63,765 bases of DNA, filler included, from Salisapilia sapeloensis CBS 127946 (GCA_023334545.1; 5 parts of 5 records of this genome joined end to end with filler, not necessarily neighbours in it); one strand, 5' to 3'. Numbered from the whole stretch's first letter, positions 13,601 through 20,557 are shown. The notes: generated from the letters alone by a model not told the origin. Numbers and translations: made by a program.

Positions 13601-13892
13601 TCGTTTGATGCTTCTTCTCTGGACTATGGGCACTTCCTGGAAACACTGGTATCTTCTTTGGTGGGCGATATGTTGTGTCTGTCGTGAACGTGTATAATCT
13701 AGCACCTTCCTCATCATTAGCTCGATTCGCCGCCATCGCAAGTGGCGAGACTGCTGCCATGGGTCTGTTTGTGGGCAAGGTACGCCCAAAGCCCGTACCA
13801 CCATTAAATTCATAGGTTTCATCTAGCTCCAGATCATACACGCCTGGCTTTGCAGTAGGGGGCTGCTTCCTTTCGCCACTCATGGATACCAC
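1611..13892 (-). CDS. DNAH6: Axonemal dynein heavy chain, single-headed inner-arm type (DNAH6-like), 4093 aa, uninterrupted ORF
   Basis: P-loops GPAGTGKTETTKDL, GEAGSGKTT, GETGVGKS and GVGGSGRQSL; stalk/MTBD region; C-terminal HWIRRGCAMLC. Short N-terminal tail (EHFTMSASGLVHV..EWMRQSTLFN) resembles DNAH6-type inner-arm dyneins; the subtype is from recall. Confidence 0.95.
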   Translation of the reverse strand: MVSMSGERKQPPTAKPGVYDLELDETYEFNGGTGFGRTLPTNRPMAAVSPLAMAANRANDEEGARLYTFTTDTTYRPPKKIPVFPGSAHSPEKKHQTRRSISRQSQSTKGARPSSDVSIHQSDTSGVHEIGDASFVKNKSPRKFVREILGVNTSAASETTNRRLSSRNSALLESSSEKNIAATDSATDFLQTGEDAIAFFARNGSDSEIKFVHLNAADTGTRFRPYDLTVVSPDDVNKEHFTMSASGLVHVQPGQPSEFIALAEWMRQSTLFNLLTSLRFFKHYLVLKSLTRWRAGVRYKLFTRQRAKLQSRLFLARQSFSGPLLQAKKVTSAELSNVILLDLRAQKTYESSAFVEFQAARRADAAKQFESCIEKLQAIVQKVCVDVQNLSKQPDLNLEMIAESKGFVRNDKTKSIVAIKSEQQHRKNLVKRAAEEASMISQFIRLLDYITAESLVALTVQSCRNFLIELNKSPRKTGLFETTIFFSDEGTTFSPTSDQIQHLLMTMTDDMVTTVNVVSRVLYLRPLAQYIANCVVDPPHVGSTIISSPAFHQIRKELIIKVAADYMEAEEYVKVFDTVRPIFEYDKSWNLDEYSQRTHTVISLKADMAQISTWEKELEKMRAGQTIGILHVESRKLKQALIPMTTAKLDSMKALIKDLARSKCKGQLGEYKQRIQTLLQRPQHLKEFASHVERVQTLKGKQKSLTKNTNVVDELYRLLGSYGVRIPSEDMVQLDDLRSVQDRYKEEVDAVDTFIQSRMDDMTQQLDANIQRLDEQALQLHSQLQTGIFIDGDKFEDSTPVKLELDNVKQRLVQLDELSKQYTEYQGLFNIAPFKYENLQSAQDYYTTVETLWTNVDNWNDLYSGSMTSSFIEVNVEELAKEVAVAFKDAYSMHKKLSNDVTAILKDRTADFKLKTPVFLELGNPAMKDRHWEKIFKALRQPWYPGIHFTLENLIAYEVLDMKDLVSEVSAAASGEAQIEASLLKIRQGWDEMEFTCLNHRDQSDVFILGSLEDILTLLEDNQVTLQTMMGSRFIMGVKDEVELWSKKLALLSETLDEWIACQRGWMYLETIFCAEDIQKQLPVEAQKFAMVDKNWKAVMMRTSTEPSVIRSVSAGPELLDQFKLSNEVLEEIQKSLEDYLETKRMGFPRFYFLSNDELLEILSQTRDPRAVQPHLMKCFDAIKSIRFMETDASGSGAPMVDAMVSGEGEVVAFPNHVTAQGPVEMWLVDVEKAMRAGLYEDAVRALKEYPIEDALDRKDWLFGFAAQDVILVDQVFWTRNVTQAIMQVENGNDPRAIDGFLQFSLKQIDGMVQLVRGPLTKLQRILMGAIITIDVHARDVVRTLDETGVSSLSDFEWTRQLRYYWEDDVQNFVARQTNTRFIYGYEYLGNSPRLVITPLTDICYMTLTGALHLRLGGAPAGPAGTGKTETTKDLAKALAVQCVVFNCSDGLDYKIMGRFFSGLAQAGAWACFDEFNRIDIEVLSVIAQQVLCIQQAIIADVSTFDFEGTMIPLNKGFGVFITMNPGYAGRTELPDNLKALFRPVAMMVPDYRLIAEIVLFSEGFANALPLSHKMTQLYSLSSEQLSKQDHYDFGMRAVKSVLVAAGQLKRKEPEMHEDLLLIRAMRDSNVPKFLEQDLPLFRGIIADLFPGVVVPFVDYGVLQQAIENQMNLLQLQLVPSFIAKAIQVHETQLVRHGMMLVGEAGSGKTTNSDVLARALTQLFHDGVVDRDGFYKEVTRMTLNPKSISAGQLYGEFNLLTNEWTDGLVPKLVRQCVQSAAENDARQWVVFDGPVDAVWIENMNTVLDDNKTLCLSNSERIKLPSTLHMMFEVQDLRVASPATVSRCGMVYMEQVHIGLTSLARSWRSLVLDSILNAVELGDMLLGLIERHVPIAIQFVRDNCREKIPSNNANLMQSCLNLLASCLKSAAETAEGGNPTRSGSGTVVDLAALLKMYFVFSMTWSVGANIDDASRPKFNQFCLTNFEELIVGDGSNSLQPVTDVYDVVVDELTNQWVSWTHKTPNFNYVPGTSYFNMIVPTKNTTRFRHLLEKLLLTKHHVLYSGETGVGKSVIIQSFLDDMLKEETSITNTMGYSAQTKPRNLNEQFEIRLEKKRKNLLGPPVGKTMLFFVDDLNMPALEEYGAQPPNELLRQVIDQGGFYDTSKMFFKNVSDVIFAAACAPPGGGRSEVTPRLLRHFHMVWLPNLSPDVMKTIFASILGGFLNAEAPMLAQMAGPIVDASVALYQRVEEEMLPTPSKSHYTFNLRDLSKVFQGVLMVSKENVPNEETLLKLWLHEEARVFRDRLTNAEDRQWFNQACAELMETYVHTNWPVEKFENVLYGDYLTRENKSYKAVDDIGQMSALLAEYLEEYNITFPSQMHLVFFNDAIHHISRICRVLRQPRGNALLVGVGGSGRQSLTRLAAFMADFKCFSIEITRGYGSNEFHEDLKKVLMTAGAENKPVVFLFSDAQIVQESFLEDINNILNTGDVPNLYASDELEKIVSMVRPIAEKVGKVTREDILQHYITLVRENLHVVLAMSPIGDGFRNRCRMFPSLVNCCTIDWFNAWPEDALNSVAERFFAASAEELGIEAHVGTLCKMAVTIHRSVEDATESFYKELHRRNYTTPTSYLELIKLYVDMLRTHRQLVRSKEARYRGGLKKLAETEDIVGNLKIQLTEMQPTLVKAQEETSALLVQVEIDQKEADKQQQFVQADVEAASKIAAEVKAIKDDCQKDLDEAMPAYYASIKALSQLKKDDITVLKSFTNPPRMVGVTMNAVCLLFGVKQEWNEAKKLLNDMKFLDKLKDYDKDNIPPKTIKQLAKFMADEEFTPETLSSISTAAMSLCMWARAMYTYDTVAKNIAPKKENLRTAEERLEKEQADLAVKQAGLKEILDKVAQLKRTLEEAQQKKVDLENQALKTQAQLVRAETLIDSLGEEQGRWKECAEALAIDMVNLVGNMILSAGCIAYLGPFTAEYRHKLQEKWVSYCHNSQLPVDGSFSFQRVLADPVVVREWTLMGLPADTFSIENGLFTTMGRRWPLMIDPQGQANKWIKNMYKSDNSLQMIKLTQKDFLRTLENAVRYGAPVLLENVEEELDPSLEPVLLKQVFKRGGQMLLRLGDSDVPYSDNFRFYITTKLANPHYMPEICIKVTIINFTVTLTGLEDQLLVDVVRNERPDLEQKKNELTINIAADKKQLKELEDKILYMLENSQGNILDDEELIETLAHSKVTSSAIKVRMAEAETTSLEIDQTREGYRCVAVRGSIIYFAIASLAMVDPMYQYSLQFYQKLFVMRLESSTQSDVLSERLDILMEDITKSMFVNVCRGLFEKDKLVYAFIIASSILRQAGAISSSEWNYYLVGDKRTSDVQAAAADASGLPRPTWVADRVWKGLTGLPDISTVFDELPAAVVKHQEAWRKVMMESELPHAEKLPDPWDTKLTNFQRLLVLRVFREEMLLFGTREFVGREVGSFFTESPPFDLAGCYKDSNPETPLIFVLSPGADINDYLLELAKIEGKDGPGLKIISLGQGQGPIAEALMAQAKQSGDWVCLQNCHLAVSWLGRLEQLLEGFGSEELHPEFRLWLTSMPSPRFPVPILQNGIKITNEPPKGIRANLKRTFLDMKDSDFEACISKPRQFKKLLFALAFYNAVCLERRKFGAVGWNIPYEWMNSDLKTGMQQVRLYLEEQEQVPYVTLNVMVADISYGGRITDRWDKRTNSSIMRKLFCPNIMDDDYRFTPSGTYYAPKSSTLDGVREYVNNLPAVDTPEIFGLHANADITFQQKETGSMLHTILKMSGSSGGGSEGGDSEKSTDEVVMDMVVAIQNRMPGLFSENQAHESTFATGPGGSRNSLGVFLSQEMIRFNALIQVMKATLENLKRAIKGLVVMSGPLEKMYNGFLIQKIPQEWENAGYPCLKPLASWIDDFFARIAFIQDWLTNGPPIAFWLSGFFFPQGFMTAVKQSFAREKAHAIDTLVVASEVLAKDKEGYSTPPPFGVYIYGLFMEGARFDRDALMMAESIPNELFDRMPVIWLKPMQRAEYNPKDVYECPLYKTSTRAGTLSTTGHSTNFVVVLDVPTEKDPDHWIRRGCAMLCMLDT

Positions 13893-14209
13893 ACGATGAC
13901 AAATGCTCCCGAGTAGTCTCTAGAACAGAAACTCTGGAGTATACCTTGATATATAAATAAATAATGAAACGGACCATCGAAAGAAAAGTATCTTTCTACT
14001 CCAAGACACTTCTTCCACCTTTTTTCGATGAATACGAAGTAGAGAGTCCGTTGGTGTGGTCTATACGCATGCCATACCTTTCGCAAATTTACGACTGGAT
14101 TTAAAGTAGAGCTTGGGCTATAGAATGAAGCAATTTAGTATTCGGCTTAGCCTAAATCGATACAAAAATCGTCGTCCGGGTGTGATATGTCATGTGCACA
14201 ATCTGAAGA

Positions 14210-15005
14210 CTAGGATGTTGTGTTGTCTGCGACTGCTGCTAACTGTTTCTCTCGTTTCTCCCGATTCATTCGTGCTACAAAGGAGTATTTTTTCCATCTA
14301 GGCACCATACGAGCATCTCGTGCTCTAGCGATCGTTCTCTCTCTAGCCTGTGCCTGCAAGACCCGACCCCAGTCCGGTGATTTTTCATCCTACCATTAAT
14401 ACGGAGTAATGTGACCACACGTCGTGCGTACGAATTGGAATGTATGGGAAACGTACTGTGCCAAAGAGCTTTTCATATTCATCCAGTCCAAAGTACAACA
14501 TACGTTTGGCCATCTCTCTGTTTAAATGCATAATTAGATATTTCTTTATAATAGTGGCGGTCAAATATATGTTCACCCGACTGAGTTTTCCCTTGTATCT
14601 CCTTCATTGAACTGTATCGCGTTCTGAAACATGAGCTGCATGTCGTATATATACTCTTTCGGAGACAAGTATGTTCTCGTGCACAACTTATTTCGCATCG
14701 TGTGTAAATCCATCGGGTCTGTGATGATCTCAAAGTAGTTTGGGACGCCTAAAGCTACGGGATCAACCGGTTCTTGGAACGGAGCAGCGAGTTCATGGCT
14801 TTCGAGCGCCGTCTGTAGCATCTCGCATCGTCGACACAGCTCGTCCTCCATTTGCAAACTTATCGATGACAACTATCAGTTCGACTTGTAAAATGTATGC
14901 TACAGTAGGGTATTTTATAATTAACCTTCTATCCTTACAATCTTCTAGGAACGCATTATCTATCCATTTCGACCCGCCACAAAGCATTTCATCAGCAAGA
15001 GGCAT
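14210..15005 (-). CDS. Small single-bromodomain protein, multi-exon
   Basis: APFQEPVDPVALGVPNYFEIITDPMDLHTMRNKL..DMQLMFQNAIQFN is a canonical bromodomain with the Kac-binding Asn. Probable intron 14859-14925 joins ORF 15005 to the domain; two further introns lead to a TAG at 14210-14212. The start could instead be 15162. Confidence 0.75.
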
Positions 15006-15184
15006 CCTACTCTACCGGCTCTCGACTACTACAAAGAGCCAGATCTTCGTCCGAACGGCCGGAAGAGTCGATGGGAGGCGCGAGACAGTAGTGGCGGTAG
15101 GTACCGGCGGAGTCGGTTGGATTGAGAAGAGAAGGAACGAGGTTTGCATTTTCTTTATTCATAAGTTTAGACGTAGCGGTTGGC

Positions 15185-15284
15185 NNNNNNNNNNNNNNNN
15201 NNNNNNNNNNNNNNNNNNNNNNNNNNNNTTAATTAATTAANNNNNNNNNNNNNNNNNNNNNNNNNNNNNNNNNNNNNNNNNNNN
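15185..15284. other. Artificial scaffold spacer (44 N + TTAATTAATTAA + 44 N)
   Basis: Fixed 100-nt N run with the six-frame stop linker at 15229-15240. Confidence 0.98.
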
Positions 15285-15507
15285 CGAGACAGATCGATGA
15301 CATCTTCTCTGCCTTGATCGAGTACGTCCACCTCCTTCCTCTATACCGACATCATGCTAATAAAGCACTCGCAGCTCCATGGCCAGTGTAGACGTCTGGT
15401 ACTTGCACAACGAGCAGACTCGACCTGTTGTCCTCCAAAGCTACGAGCGCTTCCTCTCTATAACAAGACTCTTCCTACGCACTACCTACGACCACCTCGA
15501 CGTCTAA
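15285..15507 (+). CDS. 3' end of an unidentified gene whose 5' part lies in the gap
   Basis: RQIDDIFSALI, then intron 15322-15374 (GTACGT..CTAAT..GCAG), then DSMASVDVWYLHNEQTRPVVLQSYERFLSITRLFLRTTYDHLDV*; frame is preserved across the splice. Confidence 0.6.
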
Positions 15508-15568
15508 CCTACGGAGATCCGTGTCTGGCATGCGTGGTAATTTACAGCTGAGCGCGTAAACTATTAAC

Positions 15569-15645
15569 TAAATCCACCCTGCTTTCATTTACCCCTGTGT
15601 CTATTTATAGCATACTTTGTATTGTATGTGGATAAATCCACCCTG
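15569..15645 (+). repeat. 13-bp direct repeat TAAATCCACCCTG, two copies 64 bp apart
   Basis: Identical copies at 15569-15581 and 15633-15645 in intergenic DNA about 250 bp upstream of the ATG at 15898. Confidence 0.8.
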
Positions 15646-15897
15646 TTCTCGCGACCAATAGCTCGGCGGTCCATTCGAGAATTCGTTGCTTTCCGCGCAT
15701 AGCTATATCCGTCTTGGTTGAGCTTTGTCTCTTTCCTTCTACCCACGCAACGCTAAAGCCGCAGAGGTAGTTCCATCCGTACAAACCCTGTAGTACGACC
15801 GTGTGCGATCATAGTAGACTCGTCCATCCACAAGTCGGTTCCCGCACTCCATTGCACTTCATCTCGGTACACTTTTACATACGAAACAACAAAAGCG

Positions 15898-16800
15898 ATG
15901 CCTCCGCAAGAAGTGTATGTGGATTCTATGCAGGACAAAGTAAGCTCTCCTGCCGCCATCTCCGACCTATCCAACAACCTGGAGCCGTGCACGAAACGCC
16001 GAAAGGTAACGTACCCCATTTTTGTCACCTGTTTCGAGAACAAGTTCTCACCAGTGATCTAGGTATCCGACACGTGTAAAGAAGCATCAACTTCTTCTAG
16101 CCTTGCAGGTGAACATAGTCCAGTCTCTTATGTGGATGAATCCGTGCGTAGCACGGTGCCGGACGATTGGTCCTTTGGCCAGGATATTAACGTGGCTCCA
16201 TCCGAATCTCATAGTCCCTCCACCCGCAAGCGCAAGTTAAGCACTGGCAATCTCTCTGTCAGCTCCCAGGGCTGTACTACCTCTAGCGCGGAGGACGAGT
16301 CTGAAAAAGACCAAGCGGAGGAGGATGGTGAGAAAGAGAATGAAGAGAGTGGTGACGAGTATGATAGTGAGCCAAAGAAAAAGAACCGTCGGACGCTGTA
16401 CCTCGAGTATTGGAGTCGGTCTGACGAGTGCAAGGAGCGCAAGTGGGATCATCTGGACGAGATTCGGGAACAGTATGAGTGTGCGGAAGACCATATCTTT
16501 GCTACGACGCTAAATGGTAGGACCGCATGTCTTGAACCGAATATGTTTCCATATGATACGCCCGCGGGCATTGAGCACTGGACGTTTTGGCACGTCGATG
16601 AGCTCAGTCACGAGCAGATTAAAGATTACGTGGAGAGGTGGATTGACACGAATGCTCCGCACGTGACTCAGTGGAATTACGATGATAATCCCGAACGGTC
16701 GATTGCTATCTTCCACGTCCACGTTTATTTCCAAGTACCGGAGGACACCTCGGTACTACAAGATCGTGATTTTGACGATTTTGTTCATGAGCTCGACTAA
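15898..16800 (+). CDS. DUF3605-family (HIT-like) protein with acidic/Ser-rich N-terminus, 2 exons
   Basis: ATG at 15898; intron 16006-16062 splices in frame to ORF 16132. Motifs EPNMFPYDTPAGIEHWTFW and NPERSIAIFHVHVYF match DUF3605 as recalled. Confidence 0.75.
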
Positions 16801-16848
16801 GTCAACTCAATTGCGTACGTGCATACAAATAAAAAAGTATTATTTCCA

Positions 16849-17297
16849 TCATACGCGTGTTTTATAAAAGTCGTTGGACTTCCCCCATTGGAATCTTGAT
16901 CGACAGTAGGCGCGTAGATCAAGTGGAGACTTACAGGTATCCTTTCGAGAGCACTCGAGTCACTGTAGAGTAGGTTGTTCGTTTCCATACGTACCAGGTC
17001 AAGTAGATGAGACTTTACCTTGATATCTGTCGATGGAGAAATCATACAAAAACATTTAACTACATGATGAGCAAAGCGATATACCTAGCTATGGAGTTCG
17101 TCACGCAAGTGTACCCTCCAAATGCTGTAAATAGGCGGTACTCGTTTCAACACGTGCCACGATGACTTGACGTTGACATACAACCATACAAGTACCAATG
17201 CCAAGACGCTCGACACTCGCCATCTATCTCCAATTTCCAAATACCCATAGACAATCTCCAACCGCATCATCGTAAAGCATACACAAGACCATCTCAT
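16849..17297 (-). CDS. Candidate small micro-exon gene, not in the ORF track
   Basis: GT-AG introns 17224-17282, 17125-17195, 17027-17084 and 16963-17018 (possibly also 16895-16934) splice into one open frame: MRWSCMASVERLGIAFGGYTCVTNSIARYQVTRVLSKGYL(FQWGKSNDFYKTRV)*. No family recognised. Confidence 0.35.
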
Positions 17298-17406
17298 CTG
17301 CACTGGACCCCCAGCCTCGAAACCCTAACAAAAGGTACGAAAATGTGGAAAGACGGACTTTGGGTTTCGATCGAACGTATAAGAAATTGTATTTGAATTC
17401 AAGACT

Positions 17407-20400
17407 ATGCGTCAAATGCATCAGGAGGATGAGCAGCGACGCGGCGTGCTCTCGTCCGTCCTGCGCACCTTTGCCTTCCACGTACTCTCCTTTGCCTTTG
17501 GCTGCGTCCTCCTCCTCCTGCTTGTGCTCACGGCAGGCTTTATCGGTCTCTTCCTCCTCTGTCTAGTCTCGCAGTCCTCTGCTTCGAGCCGAGTGCTCGT
17601 AGCGTACCTCTGGCACGCGGAACAGCGCATTAATGAGCTTGCCAAGGCTGCTGCAGAGCAGTGGCACAATGGACAACCGATACCGGGCTCTCGTCGCCCG
17701 TCGCTGCCTCCGTATCTGGAGCAACAAGTGACCTCTTTCGTCATGATCTTTTCATTGCTGTATTTCCTCCTCTTCCGAGGGCTCTTCGATATCATATTCT
17801 CCGCGATCCCTCTCATGCTCTACGCTCTATCGACGGCTCAAGTCGTGCAACTCGGCGACTCGGTGTTTCAGATCGCAGACACGACGTCCGGTAGGATATT
17901 CACGACTGTGGCACTCGCGTTTTTAGCACACCAAATCGGTGTCTCTGCTGCCTACTTTAGCGTCGCCCTCTCCGATCGAGTCGCCATCTACCTCTTTGAA
18001 TGCGATCGAAACGAAGCGCTTGTGCGCTCTTTCTACCCTCCTCTCAGCGACGCATCATACCAACCACGGCCGTACGAGTACGGGACGCACGCATATCGAG
18101 TACAGCAAAGCAGTGGAAACGATCGTCCGGAGCAGGTTCCAATGGCTGTGCCTCATTATGGCGATCGACCGCAGCGTCCTCGAGGCTGGCACTCATTTGA
18201 AGAACGAGAAGTGGAGATATGTGGCTTCAAGGTCAGCGTAAAGACGAATAGAAGGACGGGAAGTTCCAGAGATCCAGACCATGAGACGCAGGAGTTTGAT
18301 CGACCTCCGTCTGCTCCACCCATGCAGGAAAGCTTTCAACCGCTTATGGCGCCGATGGATCGGATTCCACAAGCTCAGAAGAGTTCGATGAAACGAGCTT
18401 CGAGCGTCGAGTCATTCGTGGATGCGAGTGGTGCAGCAAAAGTTTCCCATAGCGCCCACAAAAGCATTCATGAAGCTCTAGATCTCGACTCATACGTTCA
18501 TGACCGTCCATCAGGATCTCGAGCTACTACTCGATCCTACAGCACAAGTGATTTACCCATCCGACAGTCATACCTTGAAATGCAAAAGCTTCAGAAACTA
18601 TTGAATGAATGGAAGTCGTCCAAAGATAAGGCCATAGCTCCCGAGCTACTGACAGATGAAACGGTGGAGAGTACTCGAGGAGAGATGGACGTTGCATCCG
18701 ATATCAAGCCACCGGTCATTCATGAGACGCAGGAACCTGATGAACAAGCAGAGAGGAAGAGGCAGCAGTCAACGAAAGCGCAGGCGATTCCACAGGAAGA
18801 TTCTGGCAATGAACTCTTTTCTGACTCTCGATCCGTTGATTCCATCGCCATCTCTCCATCCCAACAGTCTGTCTCGACAGATGCACACTACCGAACGACG
18901 TACCAGGTATTAACTCCTCCAGCTTCACCTCGTGCATCCTCAGATCATGAATACACGCCTCTGTCTCCTACGCCAAGTCTCCAAGAGAGCGAACCAGAGT
19001 TTCCGTCCGAACAACTGCATCAAGTGTACCGTTCTATCCGGTACACTGGTCCCACGAGCCTCGCCCCAGGTCGAGAAGTCGAGCTACTAGATGTTCCTGG
19101 TCAACGAGACCGTGTGCACTTCAATTCCTTCGCTCCTCCGTACGTAACACCATCGCGTAAACCTTTTTCCTTCTCCGTCTGGGCATTCCTGTTGAATCAA
19201 AAGGCCGAGATGGAGGAACTGGCGAGTGAAAATGATCCGGAAGGTAGGGTTTTGCCGACGGAAACCAAGATGGATCTGCGTCGAGGTGCTCTTGTTCACG
19301 TGACGTTGGAGCCTCCGGAAGGGTTCAACGTCGTGAATGCCGCAACGCAAGGGTTTGAGTGGCAAGGAAAACTGTCCCACGTCTCGTTTGACGTTGAGTG
19401 CACGGACGACGCACCGTTCGGTCAGGTGCTGTTCAAGGCGCGTATCGTTGTTGGGTCCCACGTCGCTCTCTTGCGTGCCTACCTCTGCGTCGTCGAGTCT
19501 GCCGTGGATGCCCAGCCGACGGTCGTGAGCAGCGAGCTTGAGGTCATGGAGATGACGTACAACGAAATCGCGTACGAAGACTTGGAATTGCAAGAGCTCG
19601 TCGGCCAAGGTTTCTTCGGAGACGCCTACCGTGCTACGTATAAAGGCCAGCAGGTCGTTGTGAAGACCTTGCGTGCAGCCGAACTCGGTGACTCGATGGA
19701 TCAAGTGCAGAAGGAATTCCAACATGAAGCAGCAGCGCTAAGTATGTTTGGTCACCACCCTTGCATCGTGTCGCTCGTAGGCGCATCCACTGACACGCGA
19801 TACCCGTTGGCGCTCGTCACAGAGTTCGTCGAAGGTGGTAACTTGGAAGAGAACCTCAAGCATAAGTCGTCTGCCTTTTCCACCACGAGTAAGACAACTA
19901 TGATGCGAGAAGCTGCTGCTGGGTTTTTGAATATCCATGAAGGTGGGTTCATCCACCGAGACATTGCCGCGAGAAACTGTTTGCTCAGTCAAGATCAGCA
20001 CATTAAGATCTGTGACTTTGGACTATGCCGTCGTGTGCATGCAAACATCGGAGCCGTGGGTAAAGATGCGTTTGGGCCGGTCAAGTACATGGCGCCAGAG
20101 TCCCTTCAGCCGCCACACCACTTTTCCTTCAGCTCCGACGCGTACATGTTCGGAGTGCTCATGTGGGAGACGTACACTTCATCTCCTCCGTTTGCATCTG
20201 TGACGGCATCCGAAGCTGTACAGCGTGTTTTGCGTGGAGAACGTCTGGAGGTACCATCGAGTCTTCCGTCAAGTGTCCAGTCGCTCATGAAGGCTTGCTT
20301 CCACGACTGTCCAGTGCAGAGACCCAGTATGCAGAGCATCGTAACGGCCTTGGACGTGTCTCTCCAGTCGAGCGTGGAGACGCAGCAGGCGCAGCAGGAA

Positions 20401-20442
20401 GCAGACGTTGCTCTGCGAGCGAGTGGCATTCGTGTCGTATGA
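17407..20442 (+). CDS. Multi-pass membrane protein kinase (TKL/tyrosine-kinase-like), 1011 aa
   Basis: Several N-terminal hydrophobic segments, a Ser/Pro-rich linker, a beta-rich domain (~19108-19495) and a kinase domain (GQGFFG, VVVK, HRDIAARN, DFG, GPVKYMAPE, SDAYMFG). Confidence 0.88.
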   Translation: MRQMHQEDEQRRGVLSSVLRTFAFHVLSFAFGCVLLLLLVLTAGFIGLFLLCLVSQSSASSRVLVAYLWHAEQRINELAKAAAEQWHNGQPIPGSRRPSLPPYLEQQVTSFVMIFSLLYFLLFRGLFDIIFSAIPLMLYALSTAQVVQLGDSVFQIADTTSGRIFTTVALAFLAHQIGVSAAYFSVALSDRVAIYLFECDRNEALVRSFYPPLSDASYQPRPYEYGTHAYRVQQSSGNDRPEQVPMAVPHYGDRPQRPRGWHSFEEREVEICGFKVSVKTNRRTGSSRDPDHETQEFDRPPSAPPMQESFQPLMAPMDRIPQAQKSSMKRASSVESFVDASGAAKVSHSAHKSIHEALDLDSYVHDRPSGSRATTRSYSTSDLPIRQSYLEMQKLQKLLNEWKSSKDKAIAPELLTDETVESTRGEMDVASDIKPPVIHETQEPDEQAERKRQQSTKAQAIPQEDSGNELFSDSRSVDSIAISPSQQSVSTDAHYRTTYQVLTPPASPRASSDHEYTPLSPTPSLQESEPEFPSEQLHQVYRSIRYTGPTSLAPGREVELLDVPGQRDRVHFNSFAPPYVTPSRKPFSFSVWAFLLNQKAEMEELASENDPEGRVLPTETKMDLRRGALVHVTLEPPEGFNVVNAATQGFEWQGKLSHVSFDVECTDDAPFGQVLFKARIVVGSHVALLRAYLCVVESAVDAQPTVVSSELEVMEMTYNEIAYEDLELQELVGQGFFGDAYRATYKGQQVVVKTLRAAELGDSMDQVQKEFQHEAAALSMFGHHPCIVSLVGASTDTRYPLALVTEFVEGGNLEENLKHKSSAFSTTSKTTMMREAAAGFLNIHEGGFIHRDIAARNCLLSQDQHIKICDFGLCRRVHANIGAVGKDAFGPVKYMAPESLQPPHHFSFSSDAYMFGVLMWETYTSSPPFASVTASEAVQRVLRGERLEVPSSLPSSVQSLMKACFHDCPVQRPSMQSIVTALDVSLQSSVETQQAQQEADVALRASGIRVV

Positions 20443-20557
20443 AAAAGCATGGGATGGAACCTCTGTTATTCTTTCATTTGTGTTTCTTGTTGCTTGCGTT
20501 TAGATCCCGAACGAAGAAAAATAAAAAGACAACCACGAACTTTCTAACACGAGTGCC

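Noticed and set aside
1656-13822. Many short ORFs antisense to or overlapping the dynein gene
   Set aside because: Shadow frames of a long coding sequence, with no motifs or independent signals.
15229-15240. TTAATTAATTAA palindrome as a regulatory or recombination site
   Set aside because: It is centred in N runs at all four gaps, so it is an artificial linker.
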